A program made the position numbers and the translations under genes. The notes under the pieces are model-generated. The model worked only from the letters and a program-made list of their open reading frames with translations. It did not search any database and was not told the DNA's origin. From Candidatus Obscuribacteraceae bacterium (GTDB lineage Bacteria > Cyanobacteriota > Vampirovibrionia > Obscuribacterales > Obscuribacteraceae), in NCBI GenBank assembly GCA_044229845.1, contig JBGASG010000002.1:384001-448000 (forward strand): a DNA stretch of 64,000 bases. Direction: 5' to 3'. Shown here in pieces: positions 28,844-40,400 of this stretch; within the stretch, counting starts at the first letter, position 1, and each line of letters begins with the position of its first letter.

Positions 28844-29911
28844 GTGACTGAAGAAAAGGTTGTTGTAAACGTGAGTAGCGAAGAACTGATCGCTAAATTG
28901 CAGGCGTGCCAGAACGAAGGTGTGTCGGCCATCGACGGCGCCGACACCACCGCACAACTGGAAGAGGTGCGCCAGAAGTTTCTCGGGCAAAAAGGCGCAG
29001 TGACGGAAGTCTTGCGCGCCATCGGCAAGCTGCCGAAAGACGAGAAGGCCGGCGTTGGACAAACAGCCAATCAGGTGAAGATCCGCCTGGAAGAAGCGCT
29101 GGCAGAGCGCGCCGCCTCGCTGGAAGACCGCGAGTTGCAAGCCCGGCTTTCGACCGAACGCATAGACGTAACTTTGCCCGGCACCGGACTCGTGCACGGA
29201 CATCTGCACCCGCTCACGCAGATCACACAGGAAATTATCGAGATCTTCTTCGGCATGGGCTTCACCGTGGCCGAAGGTCCCGAAATAGAAACCGAGTACT
29301 ACAACTTCGACGCGCTCAACACGCCCGCCGATCATCCGGCCCGCGATGAACAGGATACTTTTTATACCTCGGTCGGCGATCTGGTCTTGCTGCGCAGCCA
29401 GACTTCCACCGTCCAGGTGCGCGTCATGGAGAACAACAAACCACCTTTGCGGGTTATCTCACCCGGACGCGTGTATCGCAATGAAGAAGTCAACGCCCGC
29501 AAGTACCCGCTCTTTCACCAGGTGGAAGGACTGCTTGTGGACAAAAACGTGACGTTCGGTCAGCTGAAAGGCACACTCAATGAATTCATCCGCTTAGTCT
29601 TCGGAAAACCGCTCAAAACCCGGTTTCGCCCCGACTTCTTTCCGTTCACGGAACCCAGTGCGGAATTAGATTGCCAGTGCCCGTTCTGCCTCGGCGAAGG
29701 CTGCAAGACTTGCGGGCAGCGAGGCTGGCTCGAACTGCTCGGCTGCGGCATGGTCGATCCCAATGTCCTGCAAGGCGTCGGTATCGACCCTGAGATCTGG
29801 AGCGGCTTCGCCTTTGGCATGGGCATCGAACGGCTGGCCATGCTCAAATACGGCATCAACGATATTCGCAACTTTTACAACAACGATCTGCGTTTTCTCG
29901 AACAGTTTTAA
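28844..29911 (+). CDS. pheS: Phenylalanine-tRNA ligase alpha subunit
   Basis: GHLHPL, NFDALN, HPAR, FHQVEG, FPFTEPS, GFAFGMGIERLAML. Confidence 0.99.
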   Translation: MTEEKVVVNVSSEELIAKLQACQNEGVSAIDGADTTAQLEEVRQKFLGQKGAVTEVLRAIGKLPKDEKAGVGQTANQVKIRLEEALAERAASLEDRELQARLSTERIDVTLPGTGLVHGHLHPLTQITQEIIEIFFGMGFTVAEGPEIETEYYNFDALNTPADHPARDEQDTFYTSVGDLVLLRSQTSTVQVRVMENNKPPLRVISPGRVYRNEEVNARKYPLFHQVEGLLVDKNVTFGQLKGTLNEFIRLVFGKPLKTRFRPDFFPFTEPSAELDCQCPFCLGEGCKTCGQRGWLELLGCGMVDPNVLQGVGIDPEIWSGFAFGMGIERLAMLKYGINDIRNFYNNDLRFLEQF

Positions 29912-29929
29912 CTCATAAGGAACAGTGAC

Positions 29930-32383
29930 GTGAAGCTCTCGTACAACTGGCTCTCGGACTTTGTCGACGTTTCCGGATTGTCACCGCAGGAAGTGGCAGA
30001 CCGCCTGACCATGGGCGCCATGGAAGTAGAAGAGGTAAGACCTTTCGGCCCGGATCTGGTGGGCGATGTGATTGTCGGCGAGATACTCGAGATCAATCCT
30101 CACCCCAACGCCGACAAAATTCGCGTCACCAAAATCAAACTGCAAGACCAGGCGGAAGCGCGCGAAATCGTTTGCGGCGCCTGGAACATCAATGTCGGCG
30201 ACCGCATTCCGGTCGCCCTGCCCGGCTCTCGTGTAATCAACCGTCACGACGGCACCGCTCTCGAGATCAAAGAAAGCAAAATCCGCGGCGTCACCTCCAA
30301 CGGCATGCTCTGCTCGGCACCGGAACTTGGTATTACAGGTAGTGGCGATGGTATCCTCTTGCTCGACAAGCAGACGCCGCTGGGTATCGACGCCAAACAA
30401 CTTTTGCACCTGCAAAAAGACTGGATTCTTCATGTCGGTTCGCGCAGCAATCGCGGCGATGCACTGTGCGTGGTCGGACTGGCGCGCGAGGTGGCGGCGC
30501 TTTTCGGACGCCCCTTGAAGAAACAAGATTGGGCGCTGCCCGCAGGCGAAGACCAGTCACAGTCAGTGGTCGTCGAGATCGAAAGCCTGGAGGACTGCCC
30601 GTTTTTCACAGCTCGCCTCTTGACCCAATTGCAGAACGGCGCTTCACCCTACTTGATCGAAAGACGCCTGCAGGCAGTCGGCATGCGCACCGTCAGCGTC
30701 ATTGTCGACATCACCAATTATGTGATGCTGGAATACGGTCAGCCGCTGCATGCTTATGATCTGCGGCAACTGCGCGGACCCCAACTTTCCACGCGCCGCG
30801 CCCGCAAAGGCGAAAGACTGACGACCATCGATGCCAAAGAACGAGACCTGAGCGAAGAAGTGATGGTGATTGCCGATGCCGGTGGAGTGGTCGGCGTCGC
30901 CGGAGTGATGGGCGGCAAAGACAGCGAAATAGCCGACGACACTCAAGCTATCGCTCTGGAAGCGGCATGCTTCCGCCCGTCCCGAGTGCGGCGCGGCAGC
31001 CGCCTGCTGGGCTTGACCAGCGACAGCAGCCTGCGCTTCGAACGGGGCGTCGACCTGGGCTCCGTGCGCGTTGCCTCCGATCGCGCCACTTACCTGTTGC
31101 TCAAGTATGCCGGGGGTAAATTAGGAGAATTGACGGCCGCCGGCTCCGACGCCGTGCCACCACAGACGGTATCGATGCGCATGTCGCAACTGAAGCGCAT
31201 AACCGAAATCGAAATCAGCTCCAACGAGGCCACGAGCCTCCTGGCGCCGTTGGGCTTCGACGGCAAAGCCCGCGGCGAAGACGGTATCGAAGTAGACGTG
31301 CCCTCGTTTCGTCAAAAAGATGTGACGCGCGAGATTGATCTGATCGAGGAAGTCTGCCGGCTCTGGGGCTACGATCGCTTACCGCCGTCGATGCCCGGGC
31401 AAACCATCGCCGCCGCACCGCCGGACCAGGCGCCATTGATATCACGCGAGAGTCTGCGCGCCTCCGGCTTGAGCGAAGCCTGGCTGAGTTCATTGATCAG
31501 CATCGAAGACCTGCAAGGCCGTGGCGCCGTTCCCAGCAGCGACGAACGACAGGTGCGCGTGCTCAATCCATTGAGCGAAGAGCATCAAGTTTTGAGGCAG
31601 AGCCTGATTCCAGGGCTTTTGCGTGCGGCCGCCTACAACCAGGCACGCGGGCGGCTGGATGTCTGGCTGTTTGAGGTGGGCCGCAATTATCAGACGCAAT
31701 CTGCAAACGCGCGCGCAACGGATCCCAAGCAGACTGCCACAGTTGAAAAGCTGCTGGTGTCCGGGGTTCTTTCCGGTGCTCCCCAGCAAGCCCCCTGGAG
31801 AGCCCAGGGGGAATCCGACTACTACACGGCGAAGGGCGTTGTGGAGAACCTGATTAAGGACTTGCGCCTGGATCCTGCGAAGGTGGCATTCGTCGGCGGC
31901 AATATGCCGGGCTGGTTCCACCCAAACAAGAGTTGTTGTGTCGTCTATCGACCAGACGGCAACACACATCTAGACCTGGGAATGGTTGGAGAAGTCCATC
32001 CCGCCATTGGTAAAGCCTTCGATCTGAAGAAGGCGGCGTTCGTTTTCGAACTCGATCTCGACGAACTCAGCCGATTGCGACGTTCTCACAGCTTTACCGA
32101 GATTTACGCCACACCGCCGGTTGTCCGCGACCTCTCGGCAGACCTCGACACAGACGTGGAAAACCAGGCTGTGATGCAGTGCATCGCCGGTGCCACCAGC
32201 AATTTACTGCAGGCAGTCGAACTGGTTAGCACATTCAAACTGAGCGAAGATAAGAAAAGCCTGACATATCGATTGACGTTCCAGCATGCTACCGAAACGC
32301 TGACTGCCGAACAGGTGGAAAGCGAAATGACGAACGTGCGCAATCAGCTCTCATCCGCACTGGCAGCCACTTTCCGCACTTGA
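29930..32383 (+). CDS. pheT: Phenylalanine-tRNA ligase beta subunit
   Basis: HPNADK, IVCGA, NRGD, VDITNYV, RFERGVD, DLIEEV and C-terminal anticodon-binding domain. Confidence 0.99.
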   Translation: MKLSYNWLSDFVDVSGLSPQEVADRLTMGAMEVEEVRPFGPDLVGDVIVGEILEINPHPNADKIRVTKIKLQDQAEAREIVCGAWNINVGDRIPVALPGSRVINRHDGTALEIKESKIRGVTSNGMLCSAPELGITGSGDGILLLDKQTPLGIDAKQLLHLQKDWILHVGSRSNRGDALCVVGLAREVAALFGRPLKKQDWALPAGEDQSQSVVVEIESLEDCPFFTARLLTQLQNGASPYLIERRLQAVGMRTVSVIVDITNYVMLEYGQPLHAYDLRQLRGPQLSTRRARKGERLTTIDAKERDLSEEVMVIADAGGVVGVAGVMGGKDSEIADDTQAIALEAACFRPSRVRRGSRLLGLTSDSSLRFERGVDLGSVRVASDRATYLLLKYAGGKLGELTAAGSDAVPPQTVSMRMSQLKRITEIEISSNEATSLLAPLGFDGKARGEDGIEVDVPSFRQKDVTREIDLIEEVCRLWGYDRLPPSMPGQTIAAAPPDQAPLISRESLRASGLSEAWLSSLISIEDLQGRGAVPSSDERQVRVLNPLSEEHQVLRQSLIPGLLRAAAYNQARGRLDVWLFEVGRNYQTQSANARATDPKQTATVEKLLVSGVLSGAPQQAPWRAQGESDYYTAKGVVENLIKDLRLDPAKVAFVGGNMPGWFHPNKSCCVVYRPDGNTHLDLGMVGEVHPAIGKAFDLKKAAFVFELDLDELSRLRRSHSFTEIYATPPVVRDLSADLDTDVENQAVMQCIAGATSNLLQAVELVSTFKLSEDKKSLTYRLTFQHATETLTAEQVESEMTNVRNQLSSALAATFRT

Positions 32384-32582
32384 TCGCAGTGCTGACCAGC
32401 CTCCGACGGACATTGTCAACATACCGAAGAGGGGCGATTAAAACCCTGGCAGGACGCTGCGAAGCACGTTGCCAAAATGATTTAATTTAGCTTTGATGTG
32501 TATTGATCCGGATACTTCCGGGAATGTAACCCTTGGCGGGGTTACAAACAAAACAGCAGTCCATAGCGGAACGAGTATTCAA

Positions 32583-35144
32583 ATGGCAAGACTTAAGAGG
32601 CGCGAAAATCTCATCCCATTTGTCCTGATTTTTGGCCTGGGATTTATGGCTGTCGGCGTGATTCCACCGATGTTCGCCGATCAGATTGTCGAGGTCCCCT
32701 CTTTCGTCGTCATTCCAGCTGAAATCGCCATCTCACTCATCATGTCGGTCTTGTTGTTTGAAAACGCAAGCCCCGCCGATATCGCCCGCATTTCCATGAT
32801 GATGATCGGCTTCATCATGGCGATCGGTACCTTTGGCAACGTCATGACGCGGACCACGCAGGGCATGCCCGACGGCACCTTGCTGCTCAACTGGGTGCAG
32901 CTGGCAATTATGAACGTCGCCGGCATACTGTCGACGGTTGGCTATTACTCAACAAAACCGCAAGAGAGCGACCGCATCTCGGAGGAAGAAGAACCGTCCG
33001 AACCGGTCATTACCAAGGAAGAGCGCGACCGGCTGAAAGCTGAAGTACAGGAAGAAGAAAGCGAGTCCGCAGCTGAAATCCTGGCCAAACTCGATCCCAG
33101 CCGCTTCGAATCGATCGAACGCAAACCTAAGACCGGCGGAGGCATGATCTCCAACGCCGCGCTGAGCAGACCGCGACAACTGACGCCCGAAGAGCTGGCT
33201 GACGCGCTGGAGACCGAAGCAGAACTGGAACTGAAGCTGGAAGACGCCGAGTCTGCGCAGAAGGAAACAGTTGGCGCCTTCGACGCCATGCTCAAAGAAG
33301 CCGTCAGCGAGATGCAGCCGCAAGAGGCGACGCCTCCTGCCCAGGCGGAGGAACAGAAGGGCGGCGGACTTTTTAGTATCTCCGATGATGATGTCGGTGG
33401 TCTGTTCGACAACATCGTTGCCGACAAATCGGTCACTAATGATGCCATCAACAGCCGCGAGCCGTTGTCCAGCGCCAAGGCACCGGAGCCGACGCCCGCA
33501 CCGGCGGAAGACAAAGGCGGCTTGCTGAGCGTATCCGACGATGATATCGGCGGACTGTTCGACAATATCGTCGCCGATCCATCCGTCACCAAAGATGACT
33601 TGAAGGGCAATAAAGCGCCGGAAAGCAAGCCGGTAGCACCAACTCCGGCCGACACGAAACCCAAGAAGAAGGGCGACAAGGTCAAAGAATTCGGACGCCT
33701 GTCGGCCACCGCTACCAACAAAGCTCCCGAAGGAGCTCCCGGTACGCTCAAGACCATCGGTCAGATGCTGCTCGATACGCAGGCCGTCGAAGGCTTGATC
33801 AAGAGCGCCGAGGGCCGCGACCCCAGCTCAACCACGGCCAAAGTTGTCTCCGTCGACAAAGGCGCCGACATCCAGGCACTGCTCAATAAGATAGCCAGCT
33901 TCCCGGGCGCCAACGGATCGCTCGTCATCGGTAAAGACGGTCTTCTCGTCGGTGCCACCGAATCGCTCGGCTTCATGAAGGACGTACTTGGTCCTCTCTC
34001 TCTGGCCATGCAGAGCACCACCAAGCTCGGCACCACCAAACTGGATATGGGCGAACTGCATCAGATTGTTTTCAAATCCGGCGACAAACTGACGGTGCTC
34101 ACCGAAGTCGGGATGGGCGTGTTGGCGGTCTTCTGCGATGCCTACAACCAATCATCTATCGATGGATTGCTGGAGTGGATTCAGACCGCAGTTAAAGACT
34201 CAGGTTCGGTAGGCGAAGCACCGACTGCCGAGTTGGGCAGCATCTTCTCCGCCAAGCCGGAAGCCGCCGAGAAAGCGCCGGCGAAAGCCGAGCCGGTAAC
34301 GCCGAAAGTAGAACCGAAAACAGAAGCACCAAAACCAGCTGCTGAAGCACCGAAACCGGCTGCTGAAGAGAAAAGCGGACTATTCAACGTCTCGGACGAC
34401 GACATCGGTGGCATATTCGACAATCTGGTAGCCGATCCAGGCGTCACCAACGACAACATCGGCACCAACGAGCCGTCCAAGGCTGAAAGCAAACCTTCCA
34501 TGGATTTCAGTCCGAAGGAAGAGGAGAAACCAGCGGCCGTGCAACCAGCGGCGGATGCCGGGAAACCGGACGGCGAGCCAACGGGAGACAAGAAGCCCGT
34601 CAATCCCAACGTCAAGGAATTCGGCCGCCTGTCAGCCAGCACTGCTGCTCCCGCCAAGGATCAGGAAGTTGGCACCATCAAATCTATCGGCCGGCAGTTG
34701 ATTGATGTGCAGGCTGTGGAAAACATCATCAAATCAGGCGAGAAGAAAGGTGAAAAGATCGGCTCCGGTCTCACCACCGCCCGCGTGATCAGTTCAGCCC
34801 GCGGCGAAGGCATCAAGATGCTGCTGCAAAAGATTGATACCGCTCCTGGTGTCGCAGGCAGCTTGATCGTCGGCAACGACGGACTGGTGATTGCATCCAC
34901 ACTGAGCAGCGGCATGGACAAGGACACTCTCGGCGTCCTCTGTACGGCTATGCACAGCCACACAGAACTGGCTGCGAAGAAACTGGAAATGGGCAAACTG
35001 CGCCAGATCATTTTCCATGCCGATGACAAAGTCACCGTGCTCACAGCAGTGGCAGTCGGCGTGCTGGCTGTATTTGTCGAAAGCCGCGATGTCGCCAAAC
35101 TGGACGACCTGCTGGCAGCAATCGAATCGACAGTACGCGGTTAG
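32583..35144 (+). CDS. Membrane protein with two Roadblock/LC7 (MglB-like) domains and internal repeats
   Basis: Four N-terminal hydrophobic segments; PGANGSLVIGKDGLLV and PGVAGSLIVGNDGLVIAS roadblock motifs; three SDDD(I/V)GG(L/I)FDN repeats. Likely start ATG 32583. Confidence 0.85.
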   Translation: MARLKRRENLIPFVLIFGLGFMAVGVIPPMFADQIVEVPSFVVIPAEIAISLIMSVLLFENASPADIARISMMMIGFIMAIGTFGNVMTRTTQGMPDGTLLLNWVQLAIMNVAGILSTVGYYSTKPQESDRISEEEEPSEPVITKEERDRLKAEVQEEESESAAEILAKLDPSRFESIERKPKTGGGMISNAALSRPRQLTPEELADALETEAELELKLEDAESAQKETVGAFDAMLKEAVSEMQPQEATPPAQAEEQKGGGLFSISDDDVGGLFDNIVADKSVTNDAINSREPLSSAKAPEPTPAPAEDKGGLLSVSDDDIGGLFDNIVADPSVTKDDLKGNKAPESKPVAPTPADTKPKKKGDKVKEFGRLSATATNKAPEGAPGTLKTIGQMLLDTQAVEGLIKSAEGRDPSSTTAKVVSVDKGADIQALLNKIASFPGANGSLVIGKDGLLVGATESLGFMKDVLGPLSLAMQSTTKLGTTKLDMGELHQIVFKSGDKLTVLTEVGMGVLAVFCDAYNQSSIDGLLEWIQTAVKDSGSVGEAPTAELGSIFSAKPEAAEKAPAKAEPVTPKVEPKTEAPKPAAEAPKPAAEEKSGLFNVSDDDIGGIFDNLVADPGVTNDNIGTNEPSKAESKPSMDFSPKEEEKPAAVQPAADAGKPDGEPTGDKKPVNPNVKEFGRLSASTAAPAKDQEVGTIKSIGRQLIDVQAVENIIKSGEKKGEKIGSGLTTARVISSARGEGIKMLLQKIDTAPGVAGSLIVGNDGLVIASTLSSGMDKDTLGVLCTAMHSHTELAAKKLEMGKLRQIIFHADDKVTVLTAVAVGVLAVFVESRDVAKLDDLLAAIESTVRG

Positions 35145-35156
35145 AAATCAGCGGCT

Positions 35157-35522
35157 TCACACAACTATATGCGTGTCACCATAGGTGATGCGATAGCACT
35201 CGTATTTGTTGTCGGTGCCCACCACTAAAAGTCCGGCCCCGTTCCCGAAGCGCAAGTCCAGGTCCTGGTCGTGATGCACATCGATGCGATTGATCTTCTG
35301 TTGTATGAGGCGCAGCAACCCCGACGACTCGGGATCGATCAGCATGCCGCTGCGCCAGGAGGTTTCTTCCCCATGCATCTGTCGCAAATGAAATCGATAC
35401 TCCACAGTCAGCTTGGCGCCGTTGTGAAACCAGAAGTGAATGTCGTTGACCCCGAAGTCAATCGTGTCAAGCGGCACGTCCTTGAGAAAGGCCAGATCGC
35501 AGTCTTTGGGCAGTTTGTGCAT
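35157..35522 (-). CDS. Hypothetical beta-rich protein (possibly DUF6188-like)
   Basis: 121 aa, starts 3 bp after the TolC stop; family call tentative. Confidence 0.65.
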   Translation of the reverse strand: MHKLPKDCDLAFLKDVPLDTIDFGVNDIHFWFHNGAKLTVEYRFHLRQMHGEETSWRSGMLIDPESSGLLRLIQQKINRIDVHHDQDLDLRFGNGAGLLVVGTDNKYECYRITYGDTHIVV

Positions 35523-35525
35523 CAG

Positions 35526-37367
35526 TTAGTTGAGGTTCAACTTGAGAGGCGCCGCCGAGATTGGCTGTTTGATTTGCGTGGTCAAGGTGGCCAGCGAAAT
35601 TTGCCCCGTGTCGTGAAGCAATTGCGCCTGGGCATTATTGTAGGCGACGATCGCCTGAGCTTGGTTGACGAGCGACTGAATGTAATCTCGTTGTGCCTGA
35701 ATGACTTCCAGGTTGGTCCCGGCGCCGTGACGCAAGCGCAAGTTAGCCAGTCTTAGACCTTCCGTGGAGGCGACCACTCCCTCGCCGGCAACGTCGACAG
35801 CCTCTTCGGCCACCAGCGCGGACAAATACGACGAACGCACCTGCTGCGTGACTGAAATCACCTGCTGGTTGTATTGCAGCAAAGCCTGGCGCGCCAGATA
35901 TCTTTGCGACTGTACGTTCATAGCGTCGGGTACACCCAGCGATGCGATGCTCCAGGTCAAGTCAAAACCAGCAGTCAAGGTCGTCTTGCCAGCGCCGGAA
36001 CCGACCACCAGTCCGGTACCGCCACCACCCGGTATGACGACCGTATTGGTGGCAGCCGCTGCGCCGCCGATACCGGTGGCACCGACGCCCTGAATACCAC
36101 TGCCACCAGCTCCGGTGCCAGCCGAGCCGGTGCCAGTGATGTTGCCCAGGTTGGCGCTGCTGCCACTGCCACTGCTACCACCTTCCGAGCGGTTGGTGGA
36201 CAGGAAGAACTGCGCTGTCGGGTAAAGTGGCGCAGCCAGAACTTGGATCTGGCGAGTCTGCGCGATGCGGTTGTGCTGCAGTTGTCCCAGTTCAGGACGC
36301 AGTCGCAGCGCCGTGGCCAACAATTCGTTGACGTTGACGTTTTCATCCCACAAACGAGATTCGGTAACTTGAGACTCCAGCGGCAGCAGATTGACGCCGA
36401 CGTTCATGCTCATCACCGCCGCCAGTTGCAGCGATGCTTGTCGCACGGCCAGCTGCTGCTGCAGAAGCGCTTGCTTGTCTAGAGCCAACTGCGTCGTAGA
36501 TTGCATGACGGCAAAGTTGGTGCCGGTACCGGCATTCTTTTGCTGCTGGTTGATGCGCAATTGCGCGCGTGAAACTTCCACAGCCTGAACGCGAATCTGC
36601 AAGAGCACCTGCTGCAGCAGCACGTTGTTGTACGCCTGGTAGGCGGCCAAAAGCGAATCGTTGATCGTCGTCGAGTAGGCGAATTGCGCGCTCTTATACC
36701 TGTGATAGTTGGAGAGAGCACCAAAGGTTATGCGGCCGCCCTGGAATACCGGCATCCGCAAAGTATTACTCCAGATGCGCGTGTTCACGGACGGTTGTTG
36801 ATCGCGGAAGAGATCTTGCGTTCTGTAGAGAATGTTGAAATCCGGAAGGTAGCGGGCCACCGCTCCATAGAACAGGTAACGCTGCGAGTCCATGCCCGCC
36901 TTGGATATCTTGATGGCCAGGTTTTGATCGATCACTGTGCCGAGCACTTCGCGCAGGCTGATCGGCTGGTTGTATGTGGCTTCTAATTTGATCGGCGGCA
37001 AACGTCCATTGCCGATCGGAATCAGCTCTTGCACCTTCACCGGATTTAGTGGCAATGTTTTCGGTGCGATACGCTCTTGCTCGGACAGCAAAGTTTCGAT
37101 CGGCGGTGATGCGGGTCCGGCCGCATACTGGGCGGCCTGAGCGTCTGCTTGTCCGGTAGACTTCAATTGCACCGGGCCGGTCGGCTTGGTGAATTGTTCC
37201 TCTATCTGCTCGGCACCCGGCGAAGGAGCCGGCGTCGATGCGGCCGGGGTCGAATCTGGCTGAGCCAGTGCTGCATATGGTACCGACGCAGAGGCGGCGA
37301 TCAGCAAAAGCGCACTGACCGCCACTCGATATTCTTTGCGCGACATCCGTGTAGATCGTGATTCCAT
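35526..37367 (-). CDS. TolC family outer-membrane efflux protein
   Basis: Signal peptide, two OEP-like repeats (AGTGTNFAVMQS; GAGTNLEVIQAQ), RPEL; downstream of RND genes. Confidence 0.9.
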   Translation of the reverse strand: MESRSTRMSRKEYRVAVSALLLIAASASVPYAALAQPDSTPAASTPAPSPGAEQIEEQFTKPTGPVQLKSTGQADAQAAQYAAGPASPPIETLLSEQERIAPKTLPLNPVKVQELIPIGNGRLPPIKLEATYNQPISLREVLGTVIDQNLAIKISKAGMDSQRYLFYGAVARYLPDFNILYRTQDLFRDQQPSVNTRIWSNTLRMPVFQGGRITFGALSNYHRYKSAQFAYSTTINDSLLAAYQAYNNVLLQQVLLQIRVQAVEVSRAQLRINQQQKNAGTGTNFAVMQSTTQLALDKQALLQQQLAVRQASLQLAAVMSMNVGVNLLPLESQVTESRLWDENVNVNELLATALRLRPELGQLQHNRIAQTRQIQVLAAPLYPTAQFFLSTNRSEGGSSGSGSSANLGNITGTGSAGTGAGGSGIQGVGATGIGGAAAATNTVVIPGGGGTGLVVGSGAGKTTLTAGFDLTWSIASLGVPDAMNVQSQRYLARQALLQYNQQVISVTQQVRSSYLSALVAEEAVDVAGEGVVASTEGLRLANLRLRHGAGTNLEVIQAQRDYIQSLVNQAQAIVAYNNAQAQLLHDTGQISLATLTTQIKQPISAAPLKLNLN

Positions 37368-37487
37368 GCCGATATTGTACGCGGCCACCAGCCAGCGCGC
37401 ATGAATTTATACTCTCGCTTGAGAACCGCCAAACCAGCATGGCGCCGCCATCAGCGTAAGACAGTGACTAAAAGGTAACTATACTTT

Positions 37488-40400
37488 TCAGCCTTCCACG
37501 TTGACCGAGGGGCGCGCCTGGCTTGGTTCTTCCGCTGGCGAGCGGTGCCGGAATTTGCGGGCGATAAAGCGGCCGAGATCGTCGACATACGTGAAGACAA
37601 CCGGCACCACAATCAATGTTAAGAGTGTAGAAGTGATCAGTCCGCCGATTACGCAGATGGCCATCGGTTGACGAGCCTCAGCCCCGGCACCCAGTCCCAG
37701 CGCAATCGGTAACATACCGGCAATCATTGCCACGGTCGTCATCAAGATCGGGCGCATGCGGGCCTCACCAGAACGCACGATGGCCGTGTGCCGATCGACA
37801 CCGGAATGCATGGCCATCAAGCAATATTCAACCAGCAGGATGGCGTTCTTGGTGACCAGACCCATCAGCATGACGATGCCTATTAACGCGTAAAAGCCCA
37901 GCGACTGATGCCCCAGTATGAGCGCCATGAGCGCCCCGCCGAGAGCCAGCGGCAACGACATCATGATGGCAAAGGGATGCAAAAATCCGTTGAACAGCAA
38001 AACCAGAACGGCATATATCAGCATGACCGCCGCCGACAGCGCCTGTCCGAAGCCGGTGAAGATGTCCTTTTGTATCTCCACGTCTCCCTGCGGCGTATCG
38101 ATGACGCTCAGCGGTTTTTGTTTGTAAGCCGGCAAGTTGTGCACCGCCACCAGCGCCTGCCCGAGCGTGAAATTTGGATCGATGCTGGCTTCGATGGTCA
38201 CCTGGCGCGCCCGGTCAAGACGATTGATCTGGGACGGTCCGCTGCCGAAAGAAGTGTGCGCGACCGAGTTGAGCGGCACCAGGCGCCCGTTTTTTCCGGA
38301 CACTCGCAAATCTGACAGGACGTGCAAGTCGTTGCGGTAGCGCGGATCTAATTCAACGCGAATGTTGATCTGGCGATCGCTGAGGTTGAATTTGGCCAGG
38401 TTGGCGTCGATGTCGCCGATGGTGGCAATCAACGCGGTGCGCGCGATTGATGTCACCGACACACCTTGCTCGGCCGCCCGGTCGAAATCCGGCTTCACAA
38501 GCAGCTCCGGGCGCTGCAGCGACAGACTGGAAACGATGTCGGAGATACCGGGCACGCCGCGCATTTGTGTCTCCAGTTGCTCGGCGGTCTGTCGCAAATC
38601 TTGATCGTCGTTGCTGGTCAACACGATCTTCAACTTGCCGCTGATACCCATTAGTCGGTTGAACGCCAGACGCGCGCCCGGCACCGCCAGCAGTTGCGGA
38701 CGTACATCTCGCTCGAACTCCGCCTGGTTCAGTTTGCGCTGGTCACGAGGTTTCAAGGCTATGTAGACGTTTGATTTGTGCACTTCACCGGCGCTGCCGG
38801 TGTTTCTTCCCCGCCCGGCTGTAGCAGTACCGATGCTGGCATAGACTTGCTGCACTTCCGAGCGCTTCAATAAAATGCGAGTCAGCTCTTGAGTCACCGC
38901 TTCCGACTGTTCCAGCGAAGAACCCGGCGGCAGCTCCACTTGCAAGAGAGTCTCGCCGCGGTCGACATTGCCGATCACCGATGTGGGCATGGTGCGGAAA
39001 AGCGCAATACTGACCACAAAGAAAGCAACGGCTATAGCCACTGTCATGCCCCGGTGCGACAAGGCCCAGGCAAGCATTCCGTCGTAGATGCGCATGGCTT
39101 TTCCGGACATGTGCTCTTCTTCGTGCCCGGACTTCAGCCAATATGCCGCCATCAGTGGGGTGAGCATGCGGGCGACCAGCAACGAAAACAGAACTGCGAC
39201 CGCGACTGTCGCTCCAAACTGTTTGAGAAACTGTCCCGGTATCCCACCCATGAATGAAACAGGCACAAAGACCACGACGATGGTCATGGTGGTGGCAACC
39301 ACCGCCAGTCCGATTTCATCAGCTGCTTCCAGAGAAGCCTGAAACGGTTTCTTGCCCATCGCCATGTGGCGAATGATGTTTTCTACTTCCACAATCGCAT
39401 CATCGACCAGCACGCCGATCACGAGCGACAGTCCCAGAAGCGACATGTTGTTGAGCGTGTAGCCCAAAATTTTCATGACCGCAAAGGTGGGGATCAAACT
39501 GAGCGGCATGGCCACGGCAGAAATCAGAGCGGCACGCCAATCTTTTAGAAAGAACCAGATGACGATCACGGCCAGCACCGCGCCCAGTATCAAGTGATCC
39601 ATGCAAGCTTCATAAGACTGCTCGACGAATTTCGCTTCCGTGCGAATCTTCGTAACCTTGACGTCCTTGGGCAGCGTTTTTTCCAGCTCGGTAAGTCGGG
39701 CTTCCACACCGCGCATGACATCGACCATGTTAGATCCGAACGAGCGCACCACCGAAAACGAAACAACTTGCTTACCGTTTAGAAGCGACAGCTGACGCCT
39801 GTCTCCAAACCCATCTTTAACTTCGCCCAGCGTATCGAGCCTGGCAAACTTGCCGTTGGGCAGCATGATCTGTTGAGCGCGCAACTGATCGACATTGGTG
39901 GCACTGCCCAGTGTACGAATGGTCTGCTCACTGGGACCCAACTCTCCTCGACCGCCCGGCAGATCGATGTTCATCGCTTTTACTTGCAGGTTGACCTGGT
40001 CGGCAGTAATGCCGAGCGACTCCAGACGCGCCGGATCTAAGTTAATGCGCACTTCGCGATCGATGCCGCCGGAGCGCTGAATCTGCCCGACCCCTTTCAC
40101 AGAAAGCAACGCCCGAGCGATATCGTTGTCCACCACCCAGCTCAAATCTTCCAGGCTGCGCGTGGGCGACTCGACTGTGTATGTGACAAACGGTCCACCA
40201 ACGAAATCGACTCTCTGAATAATCGGTTCATCGATACCCTGCGGCAATTGCATGCGCACTTTGGAAACTTCGTTGCGCACGTCATTGACGGCGCGATCTA
40301 TGTTGGTGCCCAGCTCGAACTCGATGGTGGTGGCACTGGCACCTTCATTGACCGTCGAATTGATGTGCTTGATGTTGCCGATGCCCGCCACCGAGTCTTC

